From: Phoronis australis
Lineage: Eukaryota > Animalia > Phoronida
DNA length: 64,000 nt
Reading direction: 5' to 3'
NCBI GenBank assembly: GCA_002633005.1
Contig: NMRA01000117.1
Location: 353,731-417,730, forward strand
Each line of letters begins with the position of its first letter. Position 1 is the stretch's first letter. Made by a program: the position numbers and the translations under genes. Below the pieces are notes generated by a model, which did not search any database, had not been told where the DNA came from, and saw only the letters and a program-made list of their open reading frames with translations. Below are positions 14,201 to 40,621 of this stretch, piece after piece.

Positions 14201-17200
14201 TGGTATTTCACTTGCTGTGAGCACAAGGACTGGTCTTCCGCCTTTCCTCCCTTTTCTTCGTTTTGGACTAGTCCACAAATTCCTTTGTACACGACCACAC
14301 ACTGTGATCTTTTGTCTAGACAATTCGCGTAACAGGTGACATCTACTGAATCGATAGGATCACACTGCGCAGACGTTTTTTTTTTTTTACTGCCAGAGCA
14401 TCGACACGTTGACTAAACTGAACCTTAAATTCATGATAAAAACAACACGAGGAGAAATTTTATTCATGTTCATCTCGGAAACGATATAGCTATAAGTGTT
14501 TTTGCGCTCCGAAAATTCACTCGCCACGGGGGAGACCGGCAAGTAAACTTCTACTCGCCCTGCACCATTTTTACTCGCATTGGCGACTGGGCGAGTGGCT
14601 AAGTATATCCCTGCCTGGTGGCAATTTTAGTTTTTAAGCACTTGTAAATTGTCTGTGGATGGGTTCATTATGCCATTATCCCAGCGTCCACAACTGTATC
14701 ACCAAAACCACTTAATGGATCTTCATGAAATTACACATTCATATTCCTATGGGATGTCATGAGCAAGTGAATTTCCGGATGAATCCGACTACCAATATGC
14801 CCCCTTGTGTCAGTTTTGTTTTTTATGTATTCCTCTGTATCTTCAGAGTTCCTTGACGGATTCAGCGTTTTTCATGAAATTTGGCGAAACGTTATATATT
14901 TGATGTATTTTACATCACCTATTGGCCATTTTATTACTTTATTTGCCTCTCTATCAACCAAACAGCTCTATTGGTACATGTGTTCCTACTGGGCAGTACA
15001 TTATGGCTGACCATGATTTTGAGATGGGTCTTTTGTGGCACCCTCTATTGGCAATTTTGTTTTTTGCGTGTATGTTTGCGCACATACGTGTGTGTGTAAT
15101 GTCGCCATCAAGGTTTTTGGAAAAATATTAAGAGTAATTTGGAATCATTACCCAACTACAATACCAATGGTAAAACTATATAAACAGTACAGTATTCTCC
15201 CGATCACTTATAGGCAATACACTTCTTAGGTTGTTAAACTCACCCAGCTTACCAGGAGCACTTTCAGCATGAATCACAACAGGTGAATGGCTGGACTTTA
15301 AGAGTAGCGGCTAGAATTATTAAGCTTGGTAATGAATGCATTTACTCTTGGGATTTGTTTTTTAATGATTTGGATTGTTGTTGTATTGAGATTCTCCTCC
15401 CAGCTGTTACTGCGTTGTGTAGAGACATGGTGGTGTCAACTCCTTGCATTTACTTTTGATTGAAGGATCTTCAAAACATTATCGAGAAGAGACTCTTCCA
15501 TATGGTGAAAAAACAGACCCAGGCTTTGGTGACCTCCTTTAGAAATAAGATCGATGAGCTACAGAAAACTAGTGATAAGTGGAAAGAGGAAGCCAAGACT
15601 TTGCAAAAGAAGATATTTGAACTGAGCATTAAACATCAGCAGCTATCCAACACTGCTGGCAAGCGCTCCATTGGTCAGAAGAATGTCGCCCAGCGTCATG
15701 TTCAGATACAGTGTGAAGCTGAGATGGTAGGCTTTGCAGCTTTTTTTTTGAAGATATGAAATTTAAAAAGCATATAGCACCACCTTTGAACACTGCAAAA
15801 ATTGATCTGGGGACATGTTGAGAAGTTTTTCACTATGTGGCTTAGTGTACAGAATTGGAAGGTGAGCACAGTGAATTTCTATTGGTTCTGTGGCGTGGCT
15901 CTCTGCTGGAGGTTTAAGTTTAATTTTGTTGGAATTTAAAAAAATCCCTTTACTCTGTTGCTACATTTGGCTTTCAGTATTCAGCCAAGTATCTGTTTTT
16001 ATGAAAAGAAGTTATGTTAACAAAGTTGTCCCCATTCAGGTAATTGTTGGGATCATTTGGAGCTAGTCATGTTAGAAAGTGCCCTGGCTGTTCACTTTCT
16101 CATCTGTGTTGAAATTCTTGTATAAATCACGGAAATAAGACTAGAAGGATTTATGTACTATTATTTTTCTATGCATAAAAACTCAAGTCACTGCAAGATG
16201 CCCTTTCTGATATAGGTAAAGAAAATAACATCTGCCGCAACTGCAACTGTAGTTCAGAAGTCTACTGCTAATGTACAGAAAGCTACAGCAACCACCATTT
16301 CTTCCAACAGGGTAAGTGTTTGAGAATAAACTGTCTTAATATTACCACCCTGTGGCTGTTCTGTCCAAATGAAACGATTTGCTGGAAAATGAGGATAGGT
16401 TTCATTGTTGCCATTGACATTTTCTTTGACAAGTCTTGTTTGATTTTTTAGAACATTTGAGTATACATGGAAGTACAAATTTTTATGTTCTGCTGTGGTG
16501 AACAGTAGCTTTTCCATTCGTTAAAAGATGCTTTTTAACTTGCCTTTATAGAGTGGAACTACTAGTATAACTATACCATCTAACTTGCGCCCGGGGACTT
16601 ATTTGGTATCTGGAAATACCATCCGTCAGACTGCTAAGCTTGCTGAGAAGGTCTGTCTTGCATGGGATAAATATTGTATATACACGTGTAGTCCTGTGGT
16701 TGTTGTGCCAACTCATTTTGTGCTCTTTGTTGTAACATTCCGTCTGCTGGTTTTCAGTGAACTGCGACCTTGATCTATTTTTTAGTTTAGTTTTGTTCCC
16801 TTTTTAATGTTAGTTGTATAATTTTAGCGACTCATTAGTTGTAGATTTTATTTTGTTTTGCCTTATTCCGACAGTTTGGCCTGTTCTTAGTGCCATTTGC
16901 ATCTCAAACGTTCTCCGTCTTCTTCTCAGTCATTACATGAGCATGTCTTTCCATGTCAACACTGACATTTGACCATTTATGAGTAGGATTACACTAGACT
17001 GTGAACACACAGTCTCACCAATACTGAAACCTATATTATGTTTTGTGGATGGATGTGTCGTATTGTCCATCCGCTAATGGCGACGCCGCTTGATAAGTTT
17101 CGTTAATTTCCATATGACGTTATCGTGCACTTAAATACACATTTAAAATGCTAGGTTTTGCAAGATTTCCCACAAACAATACTTAACTTGTTGAACTGTT

Positions 17201-20200
17201 AAGGCCACCCTTTCAGTCTGCTGTGCACTACATGTTGGCAATATGCCAAAATGCATTTTCTGTTCATGTAATTGAAAATGCAAATGAACTCTTCAAAATA
17301 TTATATTTTATCAATGTTCACTCTTTGATTAACTGAAGGCTGCATAGCAGTTGGAGGTACTATAAGAATGACTCAATTGGATAAAGGTGCGTTTTCTGGA
17401 AACGAGAAATGCTCAAGGTATCGGCCTATTAAAAAGTGGGCAGGGTAATCTAAGAAATTTATGAAAGTCAGCGTTTTGTCGTTCAAATTCAGTGTGCTGT
17501 TAACGGCAATTGTTGTGATTGGAACTTTAATCCTGGATGAATGCATCATTGTCTTCACGGTTTTGTGCTGTTAACCTTGAAGTTCTGTAAAAAAATTACC
17601 CGTGTAGTGTTCAGTGGCAATCTTGATTCCAAATGTGAAATGTATGAACATAAGAATGCATTAACGTGTGGAAATTGATGATAATGATATCAAGTGACTG
17701 TGGTTTGTGGTCATATGGTAAAACTTATGACCAGTGCAGATAGCAACCTACCCGTCTTATATGCAAATAAGCTCAGCTCATAGCTCACATCTGAAACAAA
17801 ATGAACCATGAGGATTTTACCTCGAACGTTGAGGTGAAGAGGTGAATGGCGCATTTGTTGACCTGACCTGGCGTTCATAAATTCTGTTAGTATGTGTACA
17901 AGATGAGCAAAGTGCTTAGCCAATTACCTTTGGTAACCATTGAAAATTAATTATTGCATCACCAAGCAGCAACAACTGACTTGCTCGCTCATTGCAACCA
18001 TGTGTATTACATTCACGTCGTTCTCTGCAAACATAGCTTACAGGCCTGTGAACACTTGACCTCGCTGTGTGTGGTAACAATGACATGAGGTAAATTTCAC
18101 TTGAGGCACACAGCTCAGCTTGTTCCTTTTTCTCTGCACTGGCCCTTAGTGTAAAACTCGATCTGTAAAGCAGAGTATGAGCTGGTGGATTGGTTGTTGG
18201 TATCAAAATCTGTCGATGAAATGTTTTTGTGACCCTACTCAGTGTTGTAACGCCTAAGCTATAAAATCTAGCACTGCTTTCATTTCTTTCTTTACTTGTG
18301 GTTGCAGTAAAACTGTGGTTAAAGTGCTGTGTTTGATAGCGTGCTAGTTGGTGAGATCTCTTTAGATAGTGAAACAGCTGGAAAGGTAATGACTGTGTAT
18401 TTGCAGACGCAACAGGATGCCCAGACTCGGGCCATATCAACTGTAATAGACCTGACCCAGGAGGAGGAGAGAAATAAAAGGCCTGTGGCAGCACAGAGGA
18501 CAAATAGTACTGTAAAAGAACTTATTAACGCCAAACAGAAACAGGTTCAACTGACTACAACCCTGCCTAACCAGAGGTTCGTGTATGTGCCTCCCAATCC
18601 ACCTGGTCCTCCACCTGCCAATTACATCTCGTCATCGGGTATGGTGACGGTTGTGCGAGCACCAGGTATGACCACTGCTGCACCAGGTGTACGAACAGCA
18701 ATGATTCAGCAGCCACCTAATCAGGTGCAGCGTGTGCAGATAATTGGACAACAAATTACGAAGCAGATAATGGTAAGCTGGTTGCGTTTACTACTGTCCA
18801 TTGGCTAATCTGTAATTGGTAGATGTTGGTTGGTCAGTGTTCAATGTACGTCACGGTGCTCGTTTTCTGACCTCTGGAGGAATTGTTAAACACTGAATTT
18901 TTCTTTTCAGCATCCTGCACCGCTGCCTCAAGTTATAAACCGAGCCAGTACACATTTAGTATTGCCTAAACCTGATCTCCAAATAAAAAGAGTTCCTCAG
19001 GGTGAGTGGTTCTTATTCCAGTTGTTAGCTCCATTTCCCATTGTGTTATCACCTGCTTCGCTTGCAGTGCATGCTGCTTTCTTAACAAGACTTGCGTGAT
19101 CTCACCTATCTCTGAAGAAATTTGTGTTAACATAACCCAGCCACATTCTATCACTTATTTTGCTTGTGTTGATTCAAGTGGGACCTGCCACATAGTACAA
19201 CGTCACATCTTGAATGTCATTTTCCAGTCTTGATCCTTCAAAGGGTTTCTGTTGCAGGTATAGTGTTATCATGGAATATGACCATCAGTGACAAGCACCC
19301 AGAGATAGTGAACTATCAGCTGTTTGCATATCAAGAAACAAGCGCACCTGCAAGTACTTCGTTGTGGAAGAAGGTACTGAGCATACTATTTCAACAGTCT
19401 TGATTAGATGAACGCCAGTCTGTATATTTCATACTATTTCAACAGTCTTGATTAGATGAACGCCACTCTGTATATGTCATACTATTTCAACTGTCTTGAT
19501 TAGATGAACGCCAGTCTGTATATGTCATACTATTTCAACAGTCTTGATTAGATGAACGCCATTCTGTATATGTCATACTATGTCAACAGTCTTGATTAGA
19601 TGAACGCCAGTCTGTATATGTCATACTATGTCAACAGTCTTGATTAGATGAACGCCAGTCTGTATATGTCATACTATGTCAACAGTCTTGATTAGATGAA
19701 CGCCAGTCTGTATATGTCATACTATGTCAACAGTCTTGACTCTAGCCAGTCTGTATATATCATACTATGTCAACAGTCTTGACTAGATGAACGCAAGTCT
19801 GTATGTCAACAGTCTTGACTAGATGAACGCCAGTCTGTATATATCGTACTATGTCAACAGTCCTGACTAGATGAACGCCAGTCTGTATATATCGTACTAT
19901 GTCTACAGTCTTGACTAGATGAACGCCAGTCTGTATATATTATTGTGCCATTTTTGGTCACTAGGATCGCTTTAAATGAAATGTTTCGGTTTACTGCAAA
20001 ATGTGGTTAAGTTTGTTATGCAGTGCTGTTCTGCCTTGCTTCAGTACAGGTCCTGATACCTGTTGCCTGAACACAAGTTTGGGACTGTTACCTTAAACAA
20101 GGTATTGATCAGCTTGGTACTAACAGCTCACATTAATTGATGTAGTTGAGGATTTGATGTCTGTGTCCTTATGTTGCAGGTTGGTGATGTCAAAGCTCTA

Positions 20201-20344
20201 CCTCTGCCCATGGCCTGCACACTGACACAGTTTCAAGAGGGGAACAAGTACCACTTTGCAGTTAGAGCCATAGACTGTCATGGTTGCGTAGGAGTGTTCA
20301 GTAGTCCTGCCAGTATACACTTGATGCTCAACAGGAGGACTTGA
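5218..20344 (+). CDS. ATF7IP: Activating transcription factor 7-interacting protein (ATF7IP/MCAF1/Windei-like SETDB1 cofactor), multi-exon, about 930 aa
   Basis: GT-AG exons join in phase: 5218-5254, 10677-11630, 12075-12682, 15466-15726, 16216-16311, 16552-16650, 18407-18772, 18911-19001, 19258-19373, 20180-20344 (2793 nt incl. TGA). Motifs: ARKTM, coiled coil [30 protein letters not shown]-interacting [15 protein letters not shown], and C-terminal FNIII GIVLSWN...YQLFAYQE...[21 protein letters not shown]...YHFAVRAID. The small exons at 5218, 16216 and 16552 are the least certain. Confidence 0.93.
6430..6656 (+). repeat. 31-bp minisatellite, about 7 copies (AGGGTGTCCACAATGAAGTTGTCAATATTCC)
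   Basis: Read directly; it ends at a single N (6657), so the copy number may be collapsed. Confidence 0.95.
19382..19940 (+). repeat. 48-bp minisatellite, about 11-12 copies, in an ATF7IP intron
   Basis: Unit CATACTATTTCAACAGTCTTGATTAGATGAACGCCAGTCTGTATATGT with variants; begins 8 nt after the exon end at 19373. Confidence 0.95.
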
Positions 20345-20562
20345 GTAGTTGTGTAGTGTTTGTTGAAGCACTTTTGTGGTACTTGTTTTGTTTTTCACGT
20401 GGAATAGTTGGGAATAGTAAACAGCTTGCGTCGTGGAAAATTCTCTTGTTAAATGGATAACTGTGATGCAGGTAGAAGACCATGGGGATTTCCTTAAGTT
20501 TGTATGAAAGTTGTTTAGGGATAAAAACATGGTTAATTTGAAGCATTTCTTACATCCTTGCT

Positions 20563-20734
20563 GGAAGGGCATTCGGAGAGCTTACTAGTACTGAAACTAG
20601 AAAAAGGAAGGGCATTCGGAGAGTTTACTAGTACTGAAACTAGAAAAAGGAAGGGCATTCGGAGAGTTTACTAGTACTGAAACTAGAAAAAGGAAGGGCA
20701 TTCGGAGAGCTTACTAGTACTGAAACTAGAAAAA
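20563..20734 (+). repeat. 43-bp tandem repeat x4 in the ATF7IP 3' UTR region
   Basis: GGAAGGGCATTCGGAGAG(C/T)TTACTAGTACTGAAACTAGAAAAA at 20563, 20606, 20649 and 20692. Confidence 0.95.
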
Positions 20735-22409
20735 GTAAAAAAGTAAACACGCTATTCACTGTAAGGCTTTTACACATTTTAAATGCATTCCATTTTTAGG
20801 TTAGTTTTAGTTTAGCAACATCTTACTTTTATGGCTAGCATGTGGTAGTTGTAATATTGAAGACCAGCCATTTCACACGTTTTAAAAAGATTTTGTTTTG
20901 CATTTTTGACATAATGCCTTTGTATCGATATTTTGTAAAAACTGGATAAGTGGTGTCAGGGTTACACAAGGTGCTGGGAAATCCAAATTGGTTTTGTGGC
21001 TTTTCTTGGCCGTGCTATTCCAAGCAGAATTTTGGAATCTTTGTATTCTTGCTTAGTTTGCGTACATGCTGATGTTTGCATAGCATTCAGACAGTTCATC
21101 TTTCAGTAATGCCAAATCTTGGTTTCAGTATTTCTAAATTGCTGCTTATGCTTATAAATTGCTTGAAATCCTATAAATTGAAGTGAAATAATTCTGAGTC
21201 AAAACAATGCACTAACTAGTATAATTTCAGCATTTCTCTGAATTTATAAAGTACTTGAAATCATGGAAATTGTAATGAAATAATTACCGTAATTCTAATC
21301 AAAACCGTGAACTATTTACGAAGCGTTCACGTATTACATCATCCAAAATTTGCCACTTTCCCCCCCACCCTCCGCATCATCTCAAAACCTCTCCTCCTCG
21401 AGTGGTAACGTATTTGAATGCTCACTTGCCAGAAATAAAGATTTTAAATGTTTCATTACCTTCACATTAGTCGTTTGTGCATAACAAGCATTCTAACATT
21501 GTCATTATCATCACTATTTTGCATCGTCTGTGACTGTCTTCCTTAGCAAATACGACTGATATTTACAGGATCATCGTGTCTATAGCTTGTGTTTAAATAG
21601 TAGTGTTAAAATGTGACGTGAACAGCCAAGAACTCCTGAATGTATTCCTCTGTTTCACCAATGACTTTGGCCACTCTTGAGTTGTGGGTGTGGCATGTTG
21701 TACATATTCAATGAGTTTTGTACATTTGTTAGATTGGTCAAGGTGAATAATCCTTTTTATGTAACGGGACTTCGAGGAGCAAAGCGCTCAATATGTTAAC
21801 ATAATTGGTTGGCACTCTGGCTAGTTTGGTTAACATTAAAACCTGTACTGTACTATAACGTCGAGCACAACACTTTTGAGGTTATAATGGTTTGTGACTG
21901 CGTGTTTTCTGTGTGAATAGTTTGGTATGGATGCTTTTACTTAACTCTTCAAGGGGCATTGCCAGATTATTTTTCACAACACTTGTTCGTAATTGTTTTG
22001 TATTTAAGGTGTCTTAATAAATTTTTTACAATTTCATTGCTATATTTGTCATAAAATTCCCCGAATTCAAACATTGACTGGCTTAGCCTTGACAAAATAG
22101 ATACAAGTAAAGCAACTCGAAAAGGCGACTTCATTAAATAGGTTACTATTATACTGCATGTTACGACCATGTAATACGAGTTACAAAGTTATCACAAAGC
22201 TGTTGCCTTGGTCGGATGTATCTACTTGGTCTGCGAGGTCCGACCGTGTAAGCTGACCAAGCTCACTTGGTCGGGTAGCCTACTTGGTCTGCGACAGCAC
22301 CAATATATTGTATCAGCTGAAGAATCTCGGCATCTGCAGGACGAGTGTTGACTCCGTTTTTCCAACAACAGCACATCATAGGATGACTAGAACTCCACAA
22401 TGCACAACC

Positions 22410-36591
<14,182 letters not shown>

Positions 36592-36848
36592 GTTTTTATA
36601 CAGGTGGCGACATCTGTTGATTGCGACACGAAATATTTTACGGAATCTCTCGGAAGTTTCCGGAAAACAGGCATCTTTGATTGGTTATTAAATCAGGCGC
36701 CAAATCCAAACCTGGTTGAATTTAGTGAATGAATGATTTAGCGCCAAATCTTTGCACCGCCACTTTATCAGTCGGGTGCTCGTTTTATTTGGTCGAGGGG
36801 ATCTGACGTAGCATTTTAAGAGACTTTGTTTTAATCAAGAATATCATA
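36592..36848. promoter_or_regulatory. Bidirectional promoter between ALG1 and the TK2/dNK gene
   Basis: 257 nt between divergent ATGs. GCGCCAAA (E2F-type TTTGGCGC on the minus strand) at about 36697 and 36741, ATTGG (CCAAT) at 36680, TGACGT at 36804, CCGGAA near 36660. Confidence 0.65.
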
Positions 36849-37616
36849 ATGTCGGACTCACCTAGCATTACTCCACAATCAGGAAACAGCAGGGAATCGT
36901 CACCTCTTCCATTCGAATCTCAAGACTCAGGTGTTTTTCTTGACGACTCTGGAATCTCACTCGGTGGTCCGGATAAAAGACGGGTTACGATAGCAGTGGA
37001 AGGTAACATAGGAAGTGGCAAAAGTACTTTTCTTCAGTATTTCCAGAATAATTCTAATGTTGAAGTTCACGCCGAACCAGTCAGTTTGTGGAAAGACGTC
37101 AAAGGTTACAATGCATTGGGGCTCATGTATGAAGACCCTACACGATGGAGCCTTACTTTTCAATCTTATGTGCAACTCACCATGTTGGACATTCACACAA
37201 AACAGCAGTTGGCACCTGTGAAGCTGATGGAAAGATCAATATTCAGTGCCAGGTACTGCTTTGTGGAGAATCTCTTCAAAAGTGGATGTATGCCAGCCGT
37301 CGACTACGCTGTTTTAGAAGAATGGTACGGATGGATTTTAAACAATGCAAATGTAGATGTTGATCTCATTGTCTATTTGAGAGCTAGTCCCGAAACTTGC
37401 TTAGAACGAATCAAAAAGAGGAACCGGAAAGAAGAATCTGCTGTCCCAATTGAATATCTCCAAACTCTCCATGATTTGCATGAAGACTGGTTGATCAGAG
37501 AAAGCAAATATAAAGCAATGGCACCCATTGTAGTTATTGATGCGGACAAAGATATTTCGCAGTTAATGAAGGAGTTTGAAGCACGCAAATCTGAGCTAAT
37601 GCTTGGGTATGCATAA
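36849..37616 (+). CDS. TK2: Deoxynucleoside kinase, TK2/Drosophila dNK-like, single exon, 255 aa
   Basis: Uninterrupted ORF with P-loop VEGNIGSGKST, EPVSLW, RWSLTFQSYVQLTML, MERSIFSARYCF, lid YLRASPETCLERIKKRNRKEE and YLQTLHDLHEDWL. The V/M/A substrate-pocket pattern is TK2/dNK-type, not the dCK/dGK A/R/D pattern. Confidence 0.93.
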   Translation: MSDSPSITPQSGNSRESSPLPFESQDSGVFLDDSGISLGGPDKRRVTIAVEGNIGSGKSTFLQYFQNNSNVEVHAEPVSLWKDVKGYNALGLMYEDPTRWSLTFQSYVQLTMLDIHTKQQLAPVKLMERSIFSARYCFVENLFKSGCMPAVDYAVLEEWYGWILNNANVDVDLIVYLRASPETCLERIKKRNRKEESAVPIEYLQTLHDLHEDWLIRESKYKAMAPIVVIDADKDISQLMKEFEARKSELMLGYA

Positions 37617-38164
37617 ACATATTGTGAGAACAATGAACATATGCCCTGTTCAATGTCTTAATGACTGATTTTATTCAAGACTCAATTTTAATAATTTTTT
37701 ACCATTATACATTATTTAATGTTTTAGTCTTGCAAATTGTGTCTATATGTGGTTAGAACAATCTTTTGTACTTTAGCATATCACTTAATCTTACTTTATT
37801 ACCACTTTGACTATGGATTACGGGTTGTGTTGAAAGAATTTTTAAGATATCACTACCACTTATCTTCAGCGAAAAGGTATTGTTTTGTTACGAACTTCAG
37901 CGCCAGCCCTGGCTTAGCAGAGTAAAGGTACCTGTCTCTTCTGATAACAGCAAAGTTGTGTGCATCATCATTGCCCTCTGTATCTTGTTGGCTGTTTAGA
38001 CAACATATAGTATACATGTACAATTTGATGTGTCGTAGATACTTATTAAATATGATTTTATATTGTACTAAAATACTGATGATTTTATATTGCACTGAAA
38101 TACTGTTGAAATCAAATTGAATGTCTTGTCAATTGGATAAATTTGTATGCTACAGTGACATTTT

Positions 38165-39424
38165 GATTTTTATGCACCCACATATTTCTATGTGGGTGCA
38201 TATTGCCATCTTCTCTGCCTGGGCATTTGCAGCTATATCTACTAAACCTCTTACAGGATCTTAATGAGATTTGGCAGATGTGTTCCTGACCTATGATGCT
38301 GACAGCAAATTTCGGACCGATCTGACTACTGCTGCGCCCCCTAGTGGCAATTTTATTTTTATAGTTTCCCCAGTATCTTTGGAATTCTTGGATGGAACTT
38401 CATGAAATTTGGCAAATAGTTTTCTATTAAGGAGGCAAAACCTTTCCATTATCAGATGGCTTTGAAAATTATATGCCCCTAATAGTCATTTTTTAAATTT
38501 TTGAGTCATTTTTGTTTGCATCTGACTTTCTGCCCAGCTGCTTGAAGAATTATGAAAATTGGGAGGCGTGTTCCTAATCAGGAGACCGCTGCTAACATTG
38601 ATTTTCAGATGGGTTTCACCACTCTAGTGCCCTCTAAAGGTGATTTTTTTTGCGTAGAGGGCTGTGTTACCTCTCGCAAGAATTTTGTGATATTGGCAGT
38701 TATGTTTCTTAGCACTGGCAACAGATGATGGCGAGTTTCAGATCAATTCAACAATTGGTGTGGCAATATTATTTTTTTACTTTTTCATGTTTCCACGGAG
38801 TTCTTGATGGATTTTCATGAAATAAGGTGAATAGGTTTAAATAAGGTGGTAATGCCATTTTCAAATGGATTTTGCATCACCTTGTGGTCATTTTTGTTAG
38901 TTTTACGTCCGGTTTTCTGGCGATTTTGTTTTTTGCATCCGGCTGAATATCCATAACCTTTTGAAGAAGTTTTGTTGAAATTTGAAAGATGTATTCGGAC
39001 GACAAACAGTAATGAGTGTTAAACTGAACCAAATACCACTTTGCTCCCTAGAGGCAAAATGTTTTTTTTACGTTTGCATATCTTCACAAAATTCGGCAGA
39101 TAGGTTTCCTATAAGGAGATAACAACGCCTTCCCATTTTCGAACAGATTTGTGTGCCACCAGGTAGCCATTTAAAATTTTTGCATACGTTTTTGACGTCT
39201 ACCCCTCTATCTGCCAAACCACTCAAAAGATGAAAATTGATGGTTGTGTTCCTGATGTGAAGATCTCAGTTGATGTTGATTTTCGAATGCTGTTGATTAT
39301 TCTGGCACCCATTATTGGTAGTTTTTGCTCTTTTTGTCTACGGCTGTATCATTAAAAACACCCATAGAAGCACACCATTTGCCATGCTGTTGTGGATGCA
39401 TTTCAATGCTGTGTTGCTCTTGTC
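38165..39424 (+). mobile_element. Helentron/HINE-like element with degenerate internal tandem units
   Basis: 5' T-run followed by hairpin TATGCACCCACATA-TTTC-TATGTGGGTGCATA; subterminal TGTGGATGCAT near the 3' end, then CTTGT. Internal diverged units contain GAAATTTGGCA and CCCTAGTGGC-like motifs. Confidence 0.65.
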
Positions 39425-40621
39425 AAAAAGCAACGTTTCTATTATGTGAAGCAAGGTAATCGACTAGGACTTTTTATGTACTCTCAAAGTCTCATCTTAA
39501 AACATTTTCTAATTAAAAGTCTTCATCTTTATGGCCGATATCTCCACTGTTTTGCGGTCAATCATACATAAGAATATGAAACTCAACCCTTGCACTAAAG
39601 TGATATATGCATTAAAAACTGAAAAATGTCGAAAACCTTAATACCTAATCAGGGTTCATTTTACAAAAAGGGTCTATGAGTCAACTGACTCACAGGGACC
39701 CAAATCTTTGAGTCAATTTGGACGACTTATGGGTCATTAATGTCTGCCATTCATGCATTTGTGGGGTTTTCTTGCTTTGTTTGCATGCTTTAATTTTGCG
39801 TTTGCTTGTATTTAACCCATCTAGCAATGCATTGAACTGTTTACTTCATTCCTTTCTCAGAAAAACCTTTGCCTACAATCCGTGTCAGTGGATAAGAGTA
39901 GATAAACATGAGAGTTCTTGAGCCAGTCTCAAGAGGGACATACATTGCAATCAGTCACATGTTTTTAAAGATTGTGAGTGAAATTTGTTCTTAGAAATCT
40001 GGGTTATCTGATAATACCACTCTCATATAATGACTGCAATGGTATTAATTATGTTTGTGGAAGAAAAAAATATTTGTTTCACAGGACCACATGGGGTTGC
40101 TTTCATGTGTGTTTCATATTTTACCTTTCCTAACATTTTATAATTGTGCACAAAGTATACTGTTTTCGAACTGGCAACAATATGTATTTTTTACCTTAAA
40201 AAATTGGCTAAAGTTATAAATTCAGCAGTGTGATGACAAGTCAGCTGATAGCAACTGGACTTGAGACACGGGCATCTCAATGCAGTAGTTACAAAATGGC
40301 AACATCATCTGCGGGATTGCCACATGCTAATTCAACTACCAGATGAAAATATAAGTGAGTGTGAGGAATCTGATCTCCAGGACTGGAGTTTGGTGACTGT
40401 ATGGAACATTTTCCTGCGAGGGGAGCTGGTTTGTGGATTTGTGTTGCGTCATGGATCTGGGGCTTAGAAGCTTGTGGTTTGAAATATGAAGGCCCAGCCA
40501 TGAAACAGTTTCCACTCCTTGAACACTAGCGCTGCCTAGTGATGTGTGAAGTGTTCTCTTAAAGCTGCTACAAACCCAACTTCCATCACAAAAAACAACT
40601 TTTCATTCAGACCACTTACCA

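Noticed and set aside
13085-14612. CpG-rich intronic block as an intact DNA transposon
   Set aside because: Probably a decayed transposon, but I could not define matching TIR/TSD pairs or a convincing transposase motif.
17916-18503. 195-aa minus-strand ORF
   Set aside because: No recognisable motif, partly antisense to an ATF7IP exon, and no supporting gene structure.
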